A DNA stretch of 64,000 bases, taken from assembly GCA_947648915.1 (NCBI GenBank), contig CANSPQ010000001.1, forward strand, positions 12,429 through 76,428. Reading direction: 5' to 3'. Below the pieces are notes generated by a model. That model searched no databases, had not been told where the DNA came from, and saw only the letters and a program-made list of their open reading frames with translations. Position numbers and translations under genes: made by a program. This DNA comes from an uncultured Bacillales bacterium. Lineage in GTDB: Bacteria > Bacillota_I > Bacilli_A > RF39 > UBA660. Below are positions 1 to 8,432 of the stretch, in pieces (within the stretch, counting starts at the first letter, position 1; each line of letters opens with the position of its first letter).

Positions 1-1316
1 CCTCCAGTACCTATTCCTAACACAGTACCTATAGCTCTAACAGTTCCTCTTCTGCCACTGCTTTCACCCATAAAAGCTTTTTTCCAACCATCTTTTTTTG
101 CATTCGATAGTAGTGCTGCAGTATTAGCGGCAATTCCCATTCCAGCTCCTGCAGCTAAAGCTACTCCACCTTTCATTGCGCCTGTTACTGCTTTTCCACC
201 TAAAGCTTGATCTCTAATTTTTTTCATTGGATTTAATGTTAATCCACCATTTATCTTAATTCCTAATATATTTTCAAGTAGTTTTGGAAGTTGTTTTGCA
301 AATATCAGTACACCGATAATAAGAAGTAAATCTATCCAAAACTTATATTTTACTTCTTCCCCTACTATTGTATATAGACTTTCTTTCGTAACAACTAGTT
401 TAATTACATAAACAGCAAAGAATAGAGCAAATAACCGAACGAATAAGTCTGCCCATGTTTTTCCAACTTCTTTCAGCCACTTTTTAAACATTCCGTCCTT
501 TCCTGATTTTGGATCTACATAAGAAATAATAGGTACTGGTGCAATAATTTGTAAAAATCCAAGTTTTATAGATCTTACTGCGATATCAAAACAGAATGAA
601 ACTAAAATTAAAAGAACAACAATTCCAACAAGTGTAGAAATAAAAAATTTATAATCTATGATATATGTTCCATTCCAAAAAGCTGGAGCCCTATTATAAA
701 TATTTGCTTTTAAATAGCGGGAAGGTGTGCCCCAATACCCTCCTAAATTTCCAATTAAACAATAGTTTTGTAATTCATTTAAATCAGGATCCCCTTCTGA
801 AATTTCGGGTTGATAAAAAGGACGAAATAATAAAAGGGAAATATAGTCTCCATCCGTTTCCGCATAAGAAACACTGGAACAGTAACTCGACATTTTATAG
901 GAACGGTTAGTAGCAATATCGCCCTCTGTTCCTAACAAAAACTTTGGAATCAGATTTTCTGTTAATATGGCATCTTGTACTTCGTATAATTTATTAAAGG
1001 CCGTCGGTGTAATAATAATCATTGCTAATACAAGTAGTATATTTAATATTATTTTATGTGCACCTTTTGATTTATCCGTTACTTGATCTGGACTTACTAA
1101 GTAAGTTATAAAGGAAAACGACACTTTAAACAACATGAATATACCTAATAATGAATAAATTTTAGTTGCAAATGCATTAATTTCTGTTTCCCCAAAAATC
1201 TCTACTTTAGAAAGTTGTAATATAATCTCATAAACTGTAGAAATTAGTGAAAAAACTGTACGGTCGATTGCTGCAAACAATCCACGAAAAAGATCAGCAC
1301 CCCATGATTCTGTCAT
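1..1316 (-). CDS. Polytopic membrane protein, 3'-truncated by window edge (N-terminal ~438 aa present); Gly/Ala-rich C-proximal tail; possibly VirB6/TrbL-like
   Basis: ATG at 1314-1316 (rc) preceded by AAAGGAGGTG RBS. The frame stays open to position 1 (checked at both ends: MTESWGADLFRGLFAAIDRTVFSLISTVYEIILQLSKVE... ...SGRRGTVRAIGTVLGIGTGG). Multiple hydrophobic segments. Not in the ORF track because it runs off the edge. Confidence 0.5.
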   Translation of the reverse strand, partial: MTESWGADLFRGLFAAIDRTVFSLISTVYEIILQLSKVEIFGETEINAFATKIYSLLGIFMLFKVSFSFITYLVSPDQVTDKSKGAHKIILNILLVLAMIIITPTAFNKLYEVQDAILTENLIPKFLLGTEGDIATNRSYKMSSYCSSVSYAETDGDYISLLLFRPFYQPEISEGDPDLNELQNYCLIGNLGGYWGTPSRYLKANIYNRAPAFWNGTYIIDYKFFISTLVGIVVLLILVSFCFDIAVRSIKLGFLQIIAPVPIISYVDPKSGKDGMFKKWLKEVGKTWADLFVRLFALFFAVYVIKLVVTKESLYTIVGEEVKYKFWIDLLLIIGVLIFAKQLPKLLENILGIKINGGLTLNPMKKIRDQALGGKAVTGAMKGGVALAAGAGMGIAANTAALLSNAKKDGWKKAFMGESSGRRGTVRAIGTVLGIGTG

Positions 1317-1333
1317 ATCTATCTACACCTCCT

Positions 1334-2347
1334 TTAAAATAATGAGCAAAATAATTGATTTCTCTCTATTCCATATGGAGCAAGGGCTCCACTCATATCA
1401 ATAATAAATGCTAATAGCATTGGTAAGAATATAATTGCAGCACCTATTATAAGTCTCTTGATTAATTTTGACCATGCTGTTTTGAAGTTCTTTTCTTCCC
1501 CAGATAATACAATACCAATAAAATCAATAATAGTTAAAATAACGATTATAATTGGAACAGCAAGTTGAATCAGATCAATTATTTGTTTTAATATATCTGT
1601 TATTCTATCTCCAAATACATTACACCCTGCCGATTTTTCTTGAATATCATCATCTTTAATTTCAACACAATCATTTCCTACGCATCCTATTGTATGTGTA
1701 AAGTTAGCACAATTTGAATATCCTTCCTTTTGTTCAAAGGAGATATTAAGTTTAATTTCTCCGTAAATAGAATCGCAATTTTCACATAAACAATATAATT
1801 TATCACGGCAACCACTTAATGTTGAATCGCCAGAACAATTGCTTCCATCAAAATGTAGGCTTATCTTCCTATTATCACGTTGACTCACAAGAAAATAAGT
1901 ATTTAAAGCTGTCCCTGTACTATTGTAATTAAAATTTACACTAGGGGTTGTACCTGGAATTTCATATCGGCAACTCAAAGTTTCAGAAGGCATCCTTTTG
2001 GTTAATGTCATTTTTACATCATTTGATGCATCATATCCATCTACTTCAGAGCAACTTCTAGAAAAAAGGTGTTTTTCAAAGGCATCATGAGTCACATAAC
2101 AAACTGTGTTAGGAGCTGTATTAAAATTTCTATAATCATTTTCACTGACACCATGAAATTCTATTCCTACTTCATTATCAAATTGACAATAAGAGTTTAT
2201 ACCAACATCTTCGCTATAACATGTCACCCATGAAATTCCATTAGAATCCACATATTCAACAGATATTGGAGCAGCATCTACTTTCCCCACATTACAAATA
2301 AATAATACAATTGATAAAAGAAATATATTTCTTAATGTTTTTTGCAT
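1334..2347 (-). CDS. Cys-rich secreted protein with N-terminal signal peptide and two C-terminal TM helices (Tad-locus accessory protein)
   Basis: ORF track 337 aa. The signal-like N-terminus is MQKTLRNIFLLSIVLFICNVGKVDAAP. There are about 20 Cys. The C-terminal hydrophobic pair contains a KLIKR motif shared with the next gene. Stop is 15 nt upstream of the next gene's RBS. Confidence 0.6.
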   Translation of the reverse strand: MQKTLRNIFLLSIVLFICNVGKVDAAPISVEYVDSNGISWVTCYSEDVGINSYCQFDNEVGIEFHGVSENDYRNFNTAPNTVCYVTHDAFEKHLFSRSCSEVDGYDASNDVKMTLTKRMPSETLSCRYEIPGTTPSVNFNYNSTGTALNTYFLVSQRDNRKISLHFDGSNCSGDSTLSGCRDKLYCLCENCDSIYGEIKLNISFEQKEGYSNCANFTHTIGCVGNDCVEIKDDDIQEKSAGCNVFGDRITDILKQIIDLIQLAVPIIIVILTIIDFIGIVLSGEEKNFKTAWSKLIKRLIIGAAIIFLPMLLAFIIDMSGALAPYGIERNQLFCSLF

Positions 2348-2450
2348 ATAATCACCTAAACTTAAATTTTCACAAATATATTATAACATAAAAAAAAATA
2401 ATAAGAAATATAAATCCTATTACTTTTTTTAAATCTTGCCTATTTAAACT

Positions 2451-2810
2451 TTAGGGCTTAGGCTTAGAACAATCTCCGTTAAGGAAGCAATTAAAGCAAC
2501 TTTTTTCTTTTTCAGTACCCTTTACTGAATCAGCATCTATTGCACCAAAAATCCATTGTACCAATGCTATAACAAAGAATACTAACACTGCATATAATAC
2601 TCTTTTAATTAACTTTGTTTGAGCGCCTTTCATTTCTTTTTCATCATTAGACATTACTGCTTTTCCTAAATCAATCATACCAAAGATAACTAATATAATT
2701 GGGATAACAATTTTAATAATATTTACTACAAGATGAACTGTATCTGGAATAACATCATCAATATTTCCACCTAATCCATTACATGTAACCATATCTAACA
2801 CTTCTAACAT
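2451..2810 (-). CDS. Small membrane protein (two TM) with KLIKR C-terminal module paralogous to the 1334..2347 C-terminus
   Basis: ORF 2451..2843. The start is more likely the internal ATG at 2808-2810 (MLEVLDM...), which is preceded by TAGGAGG. Contains KGAQTKLIKRVLYAVLVFFVIALVQWIF, compared with KTAWSKLIKRLIIGAAIIFLPMLLAFII in the neighbouring gene. Confidence 0.55.
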   Translation of the reverse strand: MLEVLDMVTCNGLGGNIDDVIPDTVHLVVNIIKIVIPIILVIFGMIDLGKAVMSNDEKEMKGAQTKLIKRVLYAVLVFFVIALVQWIFGAIDADSVKGTEKEKSCFNCFLNGDCSKPKP

Positions 2811-2898
2811 TTTAAAACCTCCTATAATTCTTATTTGAAACAAGGAAACTTGTCTCTTTCTTATTCACTATACCCTTTTTTCCTTTTTTTGTCAATGT

Positions 2899-3906
2899 TT
2901 ACTTACTAAATAATCCTAAAATACTATTTTTCTTCTCTTGCTCATCGGTTTTTTGACGTGTAAAACCTAATCTTACCAACAACAAATTGAGTGCATGTAT
3001 ACTTTTTTCTCTTTCATCTAATGGTGGCATATTATAATAGATTTTAGATCCTGACTCATATTCAAAATCAAGCACATCTTTGGCATTTAATAAACTTTGA
3101 TTTAAAATAATCTTCTTATTCTTCAATTCTTTAAATGCACTGCTATTGATTAGCATTAACCTATTCAACTTAATAATGGATGGTTCTACTAAGTAAAGAA
3201 CCTCATCACAAAAGCTTTCTGCTTCTTTGCTATCGTTGATATCAATTAATATGGCATTGTAATCTCTATATTTTGCGATTGCATTTCCAATATCTGTATT
3301 TGGAATAGAGATTAACTTCTTATCATTGAAATAGCGAAAATCGCTTTTGTTTACTTCTAATGCAATGACAGAATAATTTTTTTCTAACTGTTTTACCATC
3401 ATATAAATTAATGTAGTTGCCCCTGATTGTTTGGTGACATTTTTCACCCCAATAATTTTATGTGTCACAACAGGTTCAGTTACCTCTACATATTTTTCTA
3501 CTACAACATCTTGCACTTTATTTGCGTCCAATTGATGAATGTGAGCAACATCACGGTAAGTATTAGGATTATTGTATAGATACATAATTCCTTCTATGTT
3601 TTTCGTAAAATTATAAATTCCCATAGAAATCAATTTTGATAAGTAATCATTTGATCCACTTTCTTCGGAGTCATCTAGCAATAGTATTACCTTATCCATA
3701 TCTAGGGAGATAGATAACCTTTGTAATGTTTTAATATCTTTATAATTTTTAAGAGCTGTAATATCCAAAATCATTCTCTGAAAAAAGAAATTTTGAAACT
3801 GTGTAATGATATCATCGACGGAAAATTCGCCTTCTAAAGTTTTAATTACATCAATTTCTAATCCTTGTAACATTGCTTTTTGTTTATTTGCTATAATTAC
3901 GTTCAT
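2899..3906 (-). CDS. TadZ/CpaE-like pilus-assembly protein (pseudo-receiver N-domain + degenerate ParA/MinD-type ATPase domain)
   Basis: 335 aa. The N-terminal part looks like a receiver fold. The central IIGVKNVTKQSGATTLIYMMV segment sits where a ParA/MinD deviant Walker A (KGGxGKTT) would be, but is degenerate. GGGAGGA RBS. Lies within the flp-tadE cluster. Confidence 0.5.
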   Translation of the reverse strand: MNVIIANKQKAMLQGLEIDVIKTLEGEFSVDDIITQFQNFFFQRMILDITALKNYKDIKTLQRLSISLDMDKVILLLDDSEESGSNDYLSKLISMGIYNFTKNIEGIMYLYNNPNTYRDVAHIHQLDANKVQDVVVEKYVEVTEPVVTHKIIGVKNVTKQSGATTLIYMMVKQLEKNYSVIALEVNKSDFRYFNDKKLISIPNTDIGNAIAKYRDYNAILIDINDSKEAESFCDEVLYLVEPSIIKLNRLMLINSSAFKELKNKKIILNQSLLNAKDVLDFEYESGSKIYYNMPPLDEREKSIHALNLLLVRLGFTRQKTDEQEKKNSILGLFSK

Positions 3907-3924
3907 TAGATTTATTCCTCCCTT

Positions 3925-4347
3925 TTATCCTATTATCCCCATTATTTTGGTTTCCCCATACACAGGAAATTCTAAATGATTTCCTATAATTGGAAAATCA
4001 AAATACATATAAGCCGCTACACCATAGTATTTTCCTTTATTTGTATCATACTCATAAACACAATAACGGTAGCCGTTATTTGTAGTGACAATTGACTCTT
4101 GTCCATTACGTGTTGGGCACCCTTTGTTCGTTGTATCTACACGATATCCCATTTCACTTAATGTTGAAGCAATCTCACTTTTTGCTGCATCATTATATGC
4201 TTCGTATTTTTCAATAATATCTACTATTCTATTCTTTACCTTAAACGCCTTTGAATAGGTCAAAGAACCAGCAAAAAAGAATATAAATATAACTACAAAA
4301 ACAATAACAATTTGAAGTATATATGCATTTGCAATTGATTCTTTCAT
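3925..4347 (-). CDS. TadE/TadF-like pseudopilin (paralog 2)
   Basis: 140 aa with a single N-terminal TM (ILQIVIVFVVIFIFFFAGSLTYSKAFKV). Shares with 4359..4808 the blocks SLTYxKxFKV...EKxExYN...EIxxxLxxxGYR...CPT...YxYCVYEY, including a conserved Cys pair. Confidence 0.55.
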   Translation of the reverse strand: MKESIANAYILQIVIVFVVIFIFFFAGSLTYSKAFKVKNRIVDIIEKYEAYNDAAKSEIASTLSEMGYRVDTTNKGCPTRNGQESIVTTNNGYRYCVYEYDTNKGKYYGVAAYMYFDFPIIGNHLEFPVYGETKIMGIIG

Positions 4348-4358
4348 CTTATCACCAA

Positions 4359-4808
4359 CTATCTTTGACTAAATTCATAAATACGTTCTGTTTCGGAATA
4401 AATAGGTAAGGAAAATGTTCCACCAACGATAGGGATATCCATATAAACATAAGTTAATATTCCATAAATAAAATATCGACTATTTTTTTCCGGATATTCA
4501 TAAACACAGTATTTATAGTTTGTCCCTATCCTTGTAATAGGTTGATATTCTATTCCATTATGTCTATGAGTTGGACAATTTAAATTACCATTGCTACTTG
4601 AGCGATACCCTAAGTTGGCTAAAGATGTTTCAATTTCTGCTGCTGATAATTCATTATACCCTTCAAATTTTTCTAATGAATTAGCAATTTTCCCATTCAC
4701 TTTAAAGGATTTCATATAACTTAAGGTTGCCGCCAAGAAACCGAAAGTAATCACAATAAACACAATCATAATATTATATAGAAATGTACTTCCGATTGCT
4801 TGTCTCAT
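4359..4808 (-). CDS. TadE/TadF-like pseudopilin (paralog 1)
   Basis: 149 aa. N-terminal TM (FLYNIMIVFIVITFGFLAATLSYMKSFKV). Paralogous to 3925..4347. Lies directly downstream of the flp pilin gene. Confidence 0.55.
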   Translation of the reverse strand: MRQAIGSTFLYNIMIVFIVITFGFLAATLSYMKSFKVNGKIANSLEKFEGYNELSAAEIETSLANLGYRSSSNGNLNCPTHRHNGIEYQPITRIGTNYKYCVYEYPEKNSRYFIYGILTYVYMDIPIVGGTFSLPIYSETERIYEFSQR

Positions 4809-4828
4809 ATCTTACACCACCCTAAAAA

Positions 4829-5011
4829 TTATGCACCTGTCGCTCCAGAGCAAGTACCATTTGTCCATACTCCACCGTTATTATGACATTCACTTCTCGC
4901 GCTTGTATTATTCATCATATTTGTAATGATTGGTGTAGCGATTGCGACAATAACACCAATTAATATGATTGTTACAACTGTCATATTTGCTTCTCCAGTT
5001 ACTTCTTTCAT
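4829..5011 (-). CDS. flp: Flp/Fap-family type IVb prepilin (60 aa)
   Basis: MKEVTGEANMTVVTIILIGVIVAIATPIITN... has a short leader, a G then E(+1) processing-site-like motif, a hydrophobic helix and a short Ser/Thr/Asn/Cys-rich tail. RBS AAGGTGGTGA. Sits in Tad locus context. Confidence 0.7.
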   Translation of the reverse strand: MKEVTGEANMTVVTIILIGVIVAIATPIITNMMNNTSARSECHNNGGVWTNGTCSGATGA

Positions 5012-5039
5012 TCTATCACCACCTTACACTTTCTATGTT

Positions 5040-5075
5040 TATAGTATAACACGTTTTACTTGAATTATCAAACAA
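5040..5075 (-). promoter_or_regulatory. Sigma-A-type promoter for flp operon: -35 TTGATA, 17-nt spacer, extended -10 TGtTATACT
   Basis: Read on the minus strand: ttTTGATAattcaagtaaaacgTGtTATACTat, with the -35 at 5066-5071 and the -10 at 5043-5048. It lies about 30 nt upstream of the flp RBS, in the 76-nt gap after the yfhO-like stop. Confidence 0.5.
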
Positions 5076-5087
5076 TTCCATAATACT

Positions 5088-7502
5088 TTACTTTTTTTTA
5101 CATATGATAAAATATAAACTAGATAAAAATATACTGCATATAGAAATAATGAGTCCTATAGGTAATCCTACTGGAATGTAATTTAAAACGATTTGATGTT
5201 TTCCTTTTTCCAATTCTATTCCTAAAAAGGTATCTACAACTTTAGTAGATAAGGTAGGAATTCCATCCACTTTTATATGCCATCCTTTATCATAAGGAAT
5301 AGAAAGAAATAGTATAGAATTATTTTCTAATGTAATTTCTCCATACAATTCATTTTGGTTTATTTGAATATTTTGCAATGTATTTTTTTGTAACACTTTT
5401 ATTTGTTGCTGAAATAATTCTTCATTCAATTGGTAAATCGAAATTCCTTCTACCTGAGTTTTTCCTTTTGGATGAATGGTTAATTCTATTAAATCTTCTA
5501 CCTGAGTTGCTTGAAAGACGCCATGTGCCTCCCACTCTTTCAATTCTTTTCCATTTAAAGTAACTTGTGCAATATCTTGTTGTAAGGTATTGCCTTCTTT
5601 ATAGTGAATCTGTATGTAATAATCTCCAGATGAAACAGGCACTCTATATTCTGTTTCAGTATCTTTGCTCTCATAAATCATTTTGAATACATCTTCATTA
5701 CTACCAGTGAATGCTTTTAATAGATCATTTTGAAAGGTAAAAGCATTCGATTCATTTAAGTTTATTCTATTATGATGTATGAAATAACCAATTGGTAGGC
5801 TATATGGATTTTGATATAAAATGTTATCTTCTGTAATCCAATCAATCGGTTCTAAAATATCATATCCAGTACTTTTTTCTCTCGACGTTATATAAGTTTG
5901 AATTCCAAGTAAAGAATCTATTACGATGGTATTTGTATTCACATCAATGTTTGATACTCCAGTTGTTGGATAACCTGCCTTCTTCATAAAGTGATAAATT
6001 TCTTTGGAATTGGTTGATAAAAAACTTGTGAGTTCTTTTGTATTACAAATCATAGAATCTAATCCGCTATAAGAATCGGCATGCCCTGTTCTATAAATAG
6101 GATCAGAGTTTTGGCAATTAGAAATCATACTTTCTAGTTTGATGTTGTCACTTGCGCCTTGAAAGGTAAGCTCAAAATTCAGTAATATTTCACCAAATGC
6201 AATGATAAAAAATAAAATTGAAAAAATATTTTTTTGATTTCTCCCCCTCTGATATAATAAAATGCTATATAAAAGTAAAAATATACCTGTTATAACAATT
6301 TCCTCAAAACCTAAATATTCATAATTTGAATAAATGAGAATGATACTCATTAATATATATATAATTATAAGTGAAATTATTTGTTTGATAGAAACCTTTA
6401 TCTTAGAATAAGTAGAAGTTGCAACAGCAATAAGAAAAAAGGTAAATAAATAAGAGTTTCGATTCATGAAATAATTAGGCATCGAAAATCCATGCCATAA
6501 ATAAATGAAAAATGGAACAATACAACTTAGTAATATTAGAACAAGAAGAAAAAATGTTCTTTTTTTATTTTTGATATCACTACTTACAAAATAAAAGTAA
6601 ACTAACACAATAGAAAATACACCACAATATAGATTGGTTCCATGCGCATTGAGTACGTTCTTACAATTATGGGCACCTATATAGAGTTTTGCAAGCAATT
6701 CTTTCAAATTGTTAATAATAGAATGAATATCCCACATGTTATTTACCGAATAGCGAAATACACTCTTTAGTTCAATTATGGTAGGAAGTAATAGACACAT
6801 CGTAACCCCTACACCCAAAATGGAACATAAAATAAAATGAAAAGTTGTTTTTGATATTATTTTTTGACCTTTTATATACATTTGAATCAAAAAATAGAAG
6901 AATACAAAAATACAAGTCATATAGCCTGTATAAAAATTACTGAAAATTGTTAACAATAAGAAGCTAAAATACATTCCTTTTTTGCTATATGCAATCAATC
7001 GATCAATTCCCAGTAAAACAAGTGGTAATAGATATACAGCATCTAGCCACATCACATGAAAATAATATTGTACTGTATACCCCATAAGTGCATAGGCTGT
7101 TGAAAATAGATAATTCATCTTGTGATTTTGTGGATAATGTTTTTGTAAATATAAATGCATGGTTCCACCAGATAATCCAATTTTGAAAACAATTAAAATA
7201 AATAAGGCAATTGGAATACTCGTTTTTGAAAAGAAAATTAGAATTATATTGAGTGGGCTTGCTAAGTAATAGGCAAATGTCGCTATCATACTTCCGCCCA
7301 TACCCTTAGAAAAAGAATATAGTATGCTTTCTTTTCCCATAAATACATCTCGTAAATAGGAAAACAAAGAAACATATTGTGCCTTCATATCCGATATCAT
7401 AAAATTTTCGCTTTTTATTGTATATCCTAGTAAGTAATATCCTATTATAAATATAATAATTGGGATACCAAAGGCAATTACAAATTTTTTCATCTCTTTC
7501 AT
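5088..7502 (-). CDS. YfhO-family polytopic membrane glycosyltransferase (GT-C fold) with large C-terminal extracytoplasmic domain
   Basis: 804 aa. About 14 N-terminal TM helices followed by a roughly 330-aa soluble domain. Overall architecture and N-terminal sequence (YLLGYTIKSENFMISDMKAQYVSLFSYLRDVFMGKESILYSFSKGMGG...) are typical of bacterial YfhO proteins. Confidence 0.6.
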   Translation of the reverse strand: MKEMKKFVIAFGIPIIIFIIGYYLLGYTIKSENFMISDMKAQYVSLFSYLRDVFMGKESILYSFSKGMGGSMIATFAYYLASPLNIILIFFSKTSIPIALFILIVFKIGLSGGTMHLYLQKHYPQNHKMNYLFSTAYALMGYTVQYYFHVMWLDAVYLLPLVLLGIDRLIAYSKKGMYFSFLLLTIFSNFYTGYMTCIFVFFYFLIQMYIKGQKIISKTTFHFILCSILGVGVTMCLLLPTIIELKSVFRYSVNNMWDIHSIINNLKELLAKLYIGAHNCKNVLNAHGTNLYCGVFSIVLVYFYFVSSDIKNKKRTFFLLVLILLSCIVPFFIYLWHGFSMPNYFMNRNSYLFTFFLIAVATSTYSKIKVSIKQIISLIIIYILMSIILIYSNYEYLGFEEIVITGIFLLLYSILLYQRGRNQKNIFSILFFIIAFGEILLNFELTFQGASDNIKLESMISNCQNSDPIYRTGHADSYSGLDSMICNTKELTSFLSTNSKEIYHFMKKAGYPTTGVSNIDVNTNTIVIDSLLGIQTYITSREKSTGYDILEPIDWITEDNILYQNPYSLPIGYFIHHNRINLNESNAFTFQNDLLKAFTGSNEDVFKMIYESKDTETEYRVPVSSGDYYIQIHYKEGNTLQQDIAQVTLNGKELKEWEAHGVFQATQVEDLIELTIHPKGKTQVEGISIYQLNEELFQQQIKVLQKNTLQNIQINQNELYGEITLENNSILFLSIPYDKGWHIKVDGIPTLSTKVVDTFLGIELEKGKHQIVLNYIPVGLPIGLIISICSIFLSSLYFIICKKK

Positions 7503-7642
7503 AGCATCACCATATGATTTTATTATAAAGCAAATATATATATTTTAAAACATCTTTTAGTCAATTATTTTAAATCATTTAAATAAAAAATAAGTTTTAA
7601 ACCAAAATAAAAAACAACCTATACTAGCGCTGAATTTAAATA

Positions 7643-8017
7643 CTATACTTCTACTTTTTCTTCTGAAATCTCACAAAGATATTTTTTAAAACTTTCAATA
7701 TATGTTTCAATTTCTTCTGGATCTACGGTTCCAACTTTCATCATTATATGACTATTTGGCAATTGGTATAATACATCAGTTTTCACAATACTATCCTTGT
7801 TTAACCCGTTCTTTTTATTTTTTGGAATAAGAATATTATATTTATATTTTTGCTTTTGAATCTGTGATGAAATCAACATACCAAAATAATCTATTGATAT
7901 TGCTAAATTATTACCTGTTTTTTCGTAATCAATTATTACAAATAAATGATTATTCCCCTTGCTCCCATCAGCATAGTCATATTCGCTTGCAAATACGATA
8001 TCTCCAACGTTATACAT
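7643..8017 (-). CDS. MazF/PemK-family toxin-like protein
   Basis: 124 aa. The blocks VGDIVFASEYDYADGSKGNNHLFVIID, ISSQIQKQKYKYNILIP and NKDSIVKTDVLYQLP align by eye with B. subtilis NdoA/MazF ([61 protein letters not shown]). Confidence 0.5.
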   Translation of the reverse strand: MYNVGDIVFASEYDYADGSKGNNHLFVIIDYEKTGNNLAISIDYFGMLISSQIQKQKYKYNILIPKNKKNGLNKDSIVKTDVLYQLPNSHIMMKVGTVDPEEIETYIESFKKYLCEISEEKVEV

Positions 8018-8037
8018 TTATCATTTTTCATTCCTTT

Positions 8038-8208
8038 CTACTTAGTCTGATATGCTTGTAGTTTTCCTTTGTGTTGCTCATTTTCAACGGGGTATTTTAC
8101 AAAAGCCTCTTTATAAGAACGAACTAAATTTTTACTTTTAGCAAGAGCAATAATTTTCTTAATATCTTGCTTTAAATCACTTTTTAAAGCGTTCTCCTTT
8201 GCTTTCAT
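8038..8208 (-). CDS. Small ORF (56 aa) upstream of MazF-like gene; putative cognate antitoxin
   Basis: Not in the ORF track because it is under 60 aa. ATG at rc(8206-8208) is preceded by GGGAGGAGAA. It encodes MKAKENALKSDLKQDIKKIIALAKSKNLVRSYKEAFVKYPVENEQHKGKLQAYQTK, and its stop lies 21 nt before the toxin start. Confidence 0.4.
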   Translation of the reverse strand: MKAKENALKSDLKQDIKKIIALAKSKNLVRSYKEAFVKYPVENEQHKGKLQAYQTK

Positions 8209-8432
8209 TTTTTTCTCCTCCCTCGTAATTAAAATATATCATAATTTACAGAATTTGTAAATTACTTATGTGTATTCTATACATATTTTAACACATTGTC
8301 AAGATGTTTTAGAATTATGTTATTCTACTAATAATATACTATTATTTTTTACTCATTCCTTTTTTCTAAACAATTTTTTATGATAATTTTTTTGAATTTA
8401 TTATATAGTAAAAAGAAATCTTTCGATTTCTC

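Noticed and set aside
665-910. Plus-strand 81-aa ORF
   Set aside because: It lies antisense inside the well-supported minus-strand membrane-protein gene (1..1316). It has no RBS and a low-complexity translation.
5378-5563. Plus-strand 61-aa ORF inside the yfhO-like gene
   Set aside because: It is antisense to a long, coherent, motif-bearing ORF and has no RBS.
5088-7502. YfhO-like gene as a simple partner of the CsbB-like GT2 at 46702 for teichoic-acid glycosylation
   Set aside because: This is not rejected outright and remains the conventional alternative. It is kept separate because a YkcB-like GT-C (59829..61307) already sits with the CsbB-like gene. That leaves this YfhO copy, embedded in the pilus locus, without an obvious partner.
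7864-8061. Plus-strand 65-aa ORF overlapping MazF-like gene
   Set aside because: It is antisense to the MazF-like ORF. Its translation is low-complexity, and the minus-strand toxin and antitoxin reading is far better supported.
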